Positions 55,311 through 64,000 of a stretch of DNA of 64,000 bases are shown here, in pieces; positions within the stretch are counted from its first letter, which is position 1; each line of letters opens with the position of its first letter. The stretch comes from the human T2T-CHM13v2.0 reference genome, Homo sapiens. Made by a program: the position numbers and the translations under genes. Location of the stretch: NCBI RefSeq assembly GCF_009914755.1, contig NC_060936.1; one strand, written 5' to 3'. The notes beneath the pieces were generated by a model. It had not been told where the DNA came from, made no database searches, and was given only the letters and a program-made list of their open reading frames with translations.

Positions 55311-58109
55311 TTAGGACCTGGCACATCCCTGGGGTCAAAAAACACGGGCTATTGTTGTCATTATTACGTACTTATTTACTTAGGGTTCACAGGCCTGACA
55401 AGAACCTTTGAAGTTCAGGGAATCTGCTCATCTGGCTTTACCCATGAGGAAGCTGAGGACCAGAGAAGGGAAGTGACTTGGGTCAGAATCAGAGCTTCTC
55501 TTCCCAGACTTCCTTTCATCCAACCAAGGGTCTTCCCCCAAGAGGTCCTCTCTGGGCCTTAGTTTCTTCAATTGTGCAGTGAAGGGATTAGAGTAGATCA
55601 GGAGTTTCCTTTTTTGTCATCATCATTATTATTACTATTATTATTGTATTATTATTATTGCCTTAGAACTTCTTTTCAAACAATCCTCACTTAGAATCGC
55701 ACTATGCAAAAGTGGACTAGATCTGGAGAAAACTGCAAGAGCAGGGGGTGGGATGGTCTAGAGCCCCTCTACCCCAGCAACAACCTCAGAGGCCTGTCAG
55801 AGAAACCCTGGGAGGTCACAGACCCCAGGTCAAGACCTTGGCCGGGGTGATGTCAGGGCTTCCACCACTGGCACTCTAGGAGGCTGGTGCCCCCAGAAGA
55901 CCAAGAACTCTCCAAAGCCACACTGGGAGAAGAGGAGAGGCCTTAAGAAGGGCTTCCTGGGGACAGGATTATCTTGACACCCTCTCTATACAGAAAAGGG
56001 GTGGAAGAGGCAGGGATGCAGAAGAACGGTCCAGAGGGCCTCTGCGGAGCAGCTTGTTCTACCTGTCCAGGGATCCCACACCTGATGTGCCTCCACCTTC
56101 TCTCTGCTTCCCAGTTCTGAGCTGCCTGCACTCCTGCCATAGTTGCAGCCCAAGAAAACATGGCCATAAAACAGACATTTGCTTTAGTTGTCACTTGAAG
56201 GGGCAATTTAGCACAGGCTATTTGCAAGCTGTTGGAGTTCTTTACGAGGCTTTATCATGTTTTCCCAAAGTGCTCCCCTCGAAGCGAATTCCCAGGTCAA
56301 AGTTCACACGTAACTATTTAGGGGGAAGAGGGAGCATGGGAGATTGTACAGACTGGAGAATATATATATTTTTTAGGTCAGGTCAAGAGTGGCTGAAAAA
56401 TAAGAGCAAGAGAAAGCCAGGCCGGCCTCTGATTGAGGCAAGTGCTGTGTGACCTTGCCCAAATATTTTCCCTCTCTGGGCCTCCTGCAAGCAAAGGCCA
56501 GTCTCAGTGGTAAAAATGAAACATGTGACTCAGCCCCAGCCTCTAGGGCCCTCACCCTTGCAATGACCCAGATGCTGTGTATTTGCAGCCAAATCACACT
56601 CAATGAGTCTTGACTTGTACTCTCTGGTTTGGATCTCTCTAGCTCTTCCCTCCCGCCAACTACCGCCCCCAGCAAACTGCTGATCCTTCCCTGCCATCAA
56701 TTTCCCCCACTTGGTTTCTTCACTTGTTTTCTGGGGTCCTTCTTCCCTAGGAGAAAGGGCTAAATTTTGCTAGACCTCCCAGCTGCTCCAAGGAGGGGAA
56801 AAGTCACCAACTCCACCTCCTTCCAAAGTTCATGTGGTTTCCCCCCTCGATTTTCCCACAGTCCTTCCCCTCTTCCCTCCAGAGCTCTAGGCTGAGTGGC
56901 ATCAGTGGGAACAAACCTCTCACACTGTAAACAGAGCGGCTTTCCTGAGGCTGGATGCAAGGTCCTTGGAGATCACACAGTGGGCAGGGGCTGGGAAGCT
57001 GGGACCCTGGGGCACCTTGAACATACACCAGTTCCCCTTCGGCTCCCTGCAAAGAAAATCTCCCACCTCTAAGGCCTTATGGAGACTGGGACATGGGTTT
57101 GGGGGTACACTCTGAGGCCTGCATCCAGTGCTCTCCCAAGGGTGACTTGGGAAGTGGGGGTGAGCCAGAGGTCATAATGTAGAATAGGGGTCTCCCCTCA
57201 CTCAAGACCCCACCCCCTTCCTTACATTTCTGAGGAACTTTCCTGGCCTCCACGGACAATTCCAGCCTCAGTATTCCCAGGGAAGGGTAATGAGGCAAGT
57301 GGGACATTTCTCAGGCTGGGAGAGACCCCCAAGGTCAGGGTCAGATAGAAGGCAGGATGTGTGGGAGGCAGAGGAGTCAGGAATATGGGAATCTGGGGTG
57401 GTGGGAAATCCTGTGGTTCCTGAAGCAGCAACAACATTTGCAAAGGAGACTCCACCAGAGGAGCTGCCTGGAGGCTCACTGAGGCATTCTGCAGCCCAGA
57501 CCCACCCGTAGACTACCAGTCAGGGACTGCACTCAGGCCTGATACCAAGCCACTGGGGCTGATGTGAAGGGAGGTGAGTACAGGTTCTCCCAGGCAATTA
57601 TCAAGAGGAAAAGAAACAGAGCAGAGACCATTAGGGAAGAAATGAGAAGGGAGAGGGGCCCCAGACACAATTCTCCAAATAAGTCCTTCTGTGTACTGTG
57701 TGTGAATTAAGCTTCTGCCTACCTAAAGTCCAAAGGAATCTTGTAACGTCAATCCCATTTTTCATATCAATAAATAGAGGGTGCAAGAGGCAAAGGAAGT
57801 AGCCCAGATCACATGGGCTACAGATCAAATGGGCCTGGCCATTTATCTAGTTACCACCCCCCAGCCTCCTCACCTGCTGTGTTGTAAGGGGCTACCTATG
57901 CATCTATTTACATCTGGCTGATAGTCTCCATTCTCACCACCACAAAAACAGAATCTCAGAGTAAGGAGGTCCAACCTCCCCATGGTGCAATTAGGGAACT
58001 GATGCCCAGAGAAGGGAAGCTGCTTGCTTAGGGTCACAGAGCCAGAAGAATCAGGGCAGGGACTTAAACCAATTCAGAAGGCTGCTCTTTCCTAGAGCCA
58101 GGTTCTCAA

Positions 58110-58575
58110 CTATTTACATACACAGATGTCAGACACCATATTAGGCACCAGGGAAATAAAGATGAATGAGTACAGGCCCTGCCTTGAGAGGCTCAGAAGT
58201 GAGGAGACAGGCTCCCCCGACCCAGCCTGTAGAAAGACATCCTCCAGATGCCAAGGACCACATGCTAAGAAAGAAGTTGCTCTAAGCTGGGGAAGTCAAA
58301 AAGGCCACCTGGAGGGGGTGGGCCTAAAAAATGATTAGAGGTGTGAGTGGGAGGAGGGCACTCGCTCTGGTGATCCAGGCGGGAGGAAATGTAAGTGCAC
58401 AGGAATAGTCCTCTTGGGGAAGACACTCCTGCTGGAGGATTATGGGAGACAAGGCTGGAAAGGCAGGTTGGGAATAGACAGACCAGAGAAGAACCTGAGT
58501 GCCGGCTAGAGGGCCTGAGCTTCACTCCATGGGCACTGGGGAGTTATGGAAGGTTTCTGTCTGGGGTGACGGGGG
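58110..58575 (-). mobile_element. L2 fragment
   Basis: 'ttaggcaccagggaaataaagatgaatgag...ccctgccttgag', 'gggcactggggagttatggaaggtttc'. Confidence 0.55.
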
Positions 58576-59276
58576 ATCCATGCAAAGGGACTTACTAGGA
58601 AATTTACTCTAATAAAGTAGGGTAATAAATTAGGGAGCAGCTTACAGGGCAGACTTCCTTGGAAAAAACCTGAGGCATCAAGCATGTCAATGCATCTGTG
58701 GGTTGCCTCTTGGGGTGACTGTGGTGTGAGTGTGTGTGTATGTGTGTGTACGCACACACACAAGTGTAGTGCTAAGACCAGGAAAGCCTGGTTTCACAAA
58801 ACTGCTCCAGTCTGCCCTGGTGGGGAGATGATGGATCACCAGATCCCCACCCCTTCTGTCTCCCTTTCATAACCACCCTGAATGGGCAAAAGCATAGCTG
58901 CCTCCCCACACAGTCTGTGTACCCTGAACCCCAGCACGCACATGAAGAAACTGTCCTAGAAGCAGAGACACGCGCACACACACCAGGGAGCACAGTAAGC
59001 AACCTCTTACCTAACCTTTTCCCTCAAGACTCATGCCAATAGAGAAGGGCACCCAGGGCACTATAAAGGACAAGGGTGAGGGAGGGTCCACCCCACAGCC
59101 TGATGAGCTTAGGAGGACAGTGAGGAGTCAGGTGGGGGGGAATGAGGGGGCACTGCTGCTGAGGACAGCCCAACAATTTGCAATCCACGTAAACCCAGGG
59201 GTGGGGGTGATTGGGAAAAATGCCCTGGGAGACAAATAAAGATTGGCAGGGGACCATTCAGAAAAGGACTTACTGG

Positions 59277-59567
59277 AGCTGGGTGCAGTGGTTCATGCCT
59301 GTAATCCCAGTACTTTGGGAGGCTGAGGTGAGCGGATCACCTGAGGTCGGGAGTTTGAGACCATCCTGGCCAACATGATGAAATCCCATCTCTACTAAAA
59401 ATACGAAAATTAGCTGGGCGTGGTGGCAGGCTGTAATCTCAGCTACTCAGGAAGCTGAGGCAGGAGAATCACTTGAACCCAGGAGGCAGAAGTTGCAGTG
59501 AGCCGAGATTGGGCCACTGCACTCCAGCCTGGGCGACAGAGTGAGAATCCATCTCAAAAAAAAAAAA
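59277..59567 (+). mobile_element. Alu (AluS-like)
   Basis: Full length; TSD aaaaggact(t/c)actgga. Confidence 0.95.
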
Positions 59568-62500
59568 GGACTCACTGGAACATGAGGAGCCTTCCTGCTG
59601 CCTTCCCCCCAACTCCCTTCCTCTCTATCCACACTGACTGACCCCTCAAGGTCTGCTTACCTGGACAACTGGTTTATTTTGTCCTCCTTTTGGGACCGGG
59701 GGTGGAAAGGGACTCAAGGTCCCCTTCCCCCTCTTCCTCAGCCAAGAGATCCCCCAAAATGGGAGGACTATGAGCAATGAATCCTGGTGGAGTTGTCATT
59801 ACTGTGAGTTGCAATATCATTTAATAAGGATAGCAATTATCATAGCCACATCATCATAGCCCCTACCACCAGGAGAAGGGGGCTGGCAGCCAAAATGCCT
59901 GGTGCTACTCACCAGCTCTGTGCCCAACCCTTCCCTACTTTCCCTTCTTGAAACCTGCAGAATCCTAATTTTGGGATTCCTAGGATCTCAGAATCAGAAG
60001 AAATCTTGTAGTGGTCCCATTCCCAAACCACCTGTTTGCCTGCCTCCAGCCAGGGGCACTCACACCCACCAGGCATCCCATTGCACTGGGGTGTTGTTGA
60101 ATACATGCCTCTGCCCCCTAACACCTCAGTGCCCCCGGGGAGAAGTCTGGAGGAGTTCCATCATCTTTACAATCCTGGGGTCTTCCTCATCCCTCCCCAA
60201 GCCAGGCCAGACCTGGAGCCTCCCACACTGATGTGTCACAACCTCCTCAAGCGTCCAGTTCAGTGTCACCCAACCCACCGCTCCAACAAATCATTCCAAG
60301 TTCTACCTCCAGCCCTCCTACTCTAACTCCAGCCTACTTCTGCAGCTATTTGCCACGAGCCACCCACCAGACAGGAAAATGATGATCTGATTCATCTTAT
60401 AAAAAGCTTTCCAAACCTCTATCTCCACCTTTCTGTCTTTTGCTCAAGTGCACTTATCCCTGGCTGCCAGGAAGTTTGCCTTGATATTTAACCTGAATCT
60501 TGCCCTCTGTGGGATGGCCTTGGAGAAAGGTCATTCATTTAATATCCTATCCCAGTTTCCCAAGTCACTTATGATGCACTTTCTCCCTCTGTCAACCTTC
60601 CAGAAGCACTCCTCGCACTCCACACCCCAGGTTAGTGCCCCCACACCCTCCTCACCCTAGGGCAGTTCAGGGAATGCTGCCTGCCTCCAAGCCTGGCTGT
60701 AGTTCAGGTTGTCAGCCCCAGCCCCAGCCCCAGCCCCAGCGGAGGAGAGGGGTCTCATAACAGCCCGGCGTCGAGCCCCCAGCCCTCAGCCCTCACTGAA
60801 GAAGGAGGTAATTAGGAGCTGTGCAGTCCGTCCCCCAACAGGTAGAGCTGAGCAGCTGCATCCATCATCCAAGCAGCTGCCACAGAGCGGGAGGGTCACG
60901 TGGCTCGGCCGGACCAACAGGAGAGTGTGGGGAGGCCTCGGGCTGGGGATTGGCTGGTCTGCAGCAGGAGAGTCAGGGCTGTCGGGGACAACCTGAGAAT
61001 GACCTTGTGGGGACTTCAGCACCCCTGGCGCTTCTCCTCCCCAGAAATCTCTCCACCTGCCCCCAGTTCCCAACTGAGGTCCTACCTGCCACTCTGGCCC
61101 TGGCATTTTCTCTTCCCCTTCAATGTCATTTATCTATGTGTAAGGGCCCCTCATATTCATTTTTAAAAGGAAAATGGTCTCTTGTGTACTTCATAGGTCT
61201 AAGTAGGATGTGGGAGGTAGTTTCCTGGCCTGAATAAGGGCTGATGATTCCATGAGGGAGAAAGGAAAGGAGGGAGGGAGGGGGCCCTGTGTGGATGGAG
61301 GAAGTGTCGGTGCAGGTGCATTTTTGTCTAATTGTCTGCACTAGTGCCAGGATGTGAGTGTGAAGGAGCATGTGCTGGCAGCCGTGTGCACTGCGCATCG
61401 GAGCATCAGCCAGGGCGCAGCCTGGGACGTGTTTTGCATACTTGCACTGACCAGGGTACATTACCACACTGCAGTGCACTTGGGCACAGATGGGCGTGTT
61501 GACCTTGTGCCTTCTTTGTGTGTGCACAGGCTCATGTTCACACATGTACACAGGTTGCTGGGCCTGTCCATGCACACTGACACAATGGGCTTTCACCTTG
61601 ACAGTTTCTGACCCAGAGAGGGGAGCCCCTGAAACTCACCTGTGCCTGGGATCCTTCAGCACAGCACATCTCCCAGCTGAATGGGCAGGGACCCCCCCAC
61701 CCCAACAGCCACAGGTCAAAGATGGCAGCTGGCAGGAAAGAAGAAAGAGAAAAGAGGAGGGGTGGCTCTGCCAACACCTGTGAAGGTTCTTCGTTATATA
61801 TGCAAATGCCCTCATTAGAGATGCACAGCACTTCCCAGAGCTAATCGCTGCTGCTGCAGCAGGTTCTGTGTGGTGGGCTAAGGGAGAGAGAGGAGGCAGG
61901 ACCACAGCCCTGTGGCTGGGCCGTGCCAGAGTTTCCATTCCTCAAGACCTGCTACCCTGGGCAGTCCTGAGGAGGGGTAGGGAAGAGCCCTGGCCAGGGG
62001 GAAGGCCTGCTATAGGCAGGCATGGTGCAATCTGCAGGCCACAGCACCAGGCCCTTGGCTCTGCCTGGGCAGGCTGGCCTGCGCAGAGCCCCCACTCCCA
62101 TTCTGGGACAGGACTTGCCAGGAGGGTCGTAGGAGGAGTGCTACGGCCAACCACACACCCCACCCCTCTCTCCATCCACCACCTCTCCTTCCACGAAGCC
62201 CAAAAGTGAAGGTCTCTCTGGATCCTGGAACAGGTGGCCCTGGCCCCTGCCCCCCAAGGCCTCATTTCTTCCTTTTATCACCTCTACCATCGAACATCCA
62301 GAAAAGTAGTCTCACTGTGACCTTTTCTGTTACCCCAACCTTAGAGAAAGAATCCCGACTCTAGTCAAGCCGCACCCCCAACACTTGTCTCTCAGCCCTG
62401 CTGGACATCCATTTCGAGACCAGCCGTGGCTGGAGGCTGCCTTGTGCTTTTTCAACCTCACCGCCACCAGCGTGGCACCGGAGACAAACACAAACAGTAA

Positions 62501-64000
62501 CACACAGTCAACTCATGCATGCCCTCAGAAACATGCAAACACTCCCTCTCCCCTCACAGGGCACACACTGTCCTGTTATATTAACGTGTCCTTAGACACA
62601 CACCCACGATGAAAGAGTCCCACCAGCCTCCACTGTCCTTGTGCACATCGTCACCCCATTTTGGGGACAGAGTCCACAGAGTCCTCCCTTGCCCTACCCC
62701 CAACCTCTCCTTTCTTCGCTTCTCCCTCCCCCTCCCGCCCTCCTCCCTGGGCACCCGTTTGCCAGGGTTATTTATAGAAGCAAGCAATAAATTCAGTGTG
62801 TTTCTCGGCGCGCAAAGCTATAAATAATGGCACAGATCATTAAACCCCGAGAGCAGGCCCAGCCGCCCCGCAAACAAGATGAAGTACAAACCACCACGTG
62901 AGGAGGAGAGAGGGAGGTACAAGGCAGAGCCCCAGACCAAGGGCCAACAGGCCCCAGCCTGTACCTCTCAGCTGGGTCCCAGTGAACTTGGGCCTCCAAG
63001 GGGCCTTCCCCAGGCACCAGGGGAGGGCAGAGGGCAGGGCTGGGCCTGGACTTGCAGGATGCTCAACAGAGTTTGCCCTACCTAATTCCCACACCCCTCC
63101 TCTTGTACTCTTTCCCATCTCCCCAGCCTCTGCTTCTCTCTCCACTTCTCCCACTGTTCTTCCATCTTTGCCTATATTTTCTTCTAATTCTGTTCATCTC
63201 TCCCTTTCTCTCTCCATATTCCCGCCTCTCTCCTTTACCTTTTGCCTTCATCTGTCCCTCTACATCCACCTGTTCTTCTTTCCAGCCCTTCTCTTCCCCT
63301 ACCCCAAATCCCTGGGCCTCAGGAGGGACCCTGATCCCACCAAGGAGCCCTCAGAGGCAGAAAGTCCCCTGTCAGCAGAACTCTGGAGCTGGCTGCTGAT
63401 TCAGTGACTGTAATCTCCCAGGCGGAGGCGGCAGTGGTAGGGGGAGGGGGACAGGAAAGATAAATGAGGAGCATAAGAACAAAATGGCACAGACACTGGG
63501 GACAGGCTCCAGGCTGAGCAAGGTTCTGGGGAGCAGAACCAGAGCCCTGAGCTACAGCCCAATCCCACCACCGCAGGCTGGTCAGTTGAGTGCAGGAAGT
63601 GCTTTCTGGCTACCAGCAAGTGACAGCACCACAGGGGAGAACATGGCAAAGAGAAGGGAGCAGGGGACAGGCAGGGAGTGGCAGGGAGAAGCCACCAAAG
63701 GAGTCAGAGAAAGAGGGGAGGAAGCCAGAGAAGCAAGGAACACTGATAGAACAATGACCCCTCCAGTCCCACTGCACCCCCAGATCCAGTGTGGACCCCT
63801 GCAGTCATATCATATTCCTGAGCCAGGGCCACACATGGAAGGTTTGAGGGTTCCAACCACAGCTTCCACAAGTCTCACTTTTAGGGAGTACCTTTATCCT
63901 TCAGGGTTCTTCCACCCTGACTTTGGCCTACTTTTTGGAGGTTTCACTCAGCCTCCGCTCTAGGTCACCTACATTCTAGGTCTTTCATTCCTTTCCACTG

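Overview
Primate (human-like) genomic DNA with about 20 Alus plus MIR, L2, L1, MaLR and DNA-transposon fossils. No intact protein-coding gene is supportable. From memory, not verified by alignment, it resembles the interval between HOXC4 and SMUG1 on human 12q13 that holds the lncRNA LINC02381/LOC400043. The main result is a decayed two-exon paralog-group-1 Hox gene on the + strand, most likely the lost mammalian HOXC1. Exon 1 lies in a CpG island and ends QTFGRMEI*MSLSGA-G|gtaag (28125-28170), codon-for-codon with the Hox1 hexapeptide region QTFDWMKVKRNPPKT-G and its phase-1 intron. About 2.95 kb downstream, a splice acceptor (31120-31121) precedes a frameshifted homeobox: LHTGFS/SKQLSELE--FFLQPYL.../[22 protein letters not shown]. 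The promoter and exon 1 appear to be reused by a spliced lncRNA that skips the homeobox exon (acceptor 33544-33545, AATAAA 34379). Other observations: candidate retinoic-acid-response relics 3' of the gene, several HOX-motif clusters, a Y1 RNA retrocopy, and a 91-bp inverted templated insertion inside an Alu.
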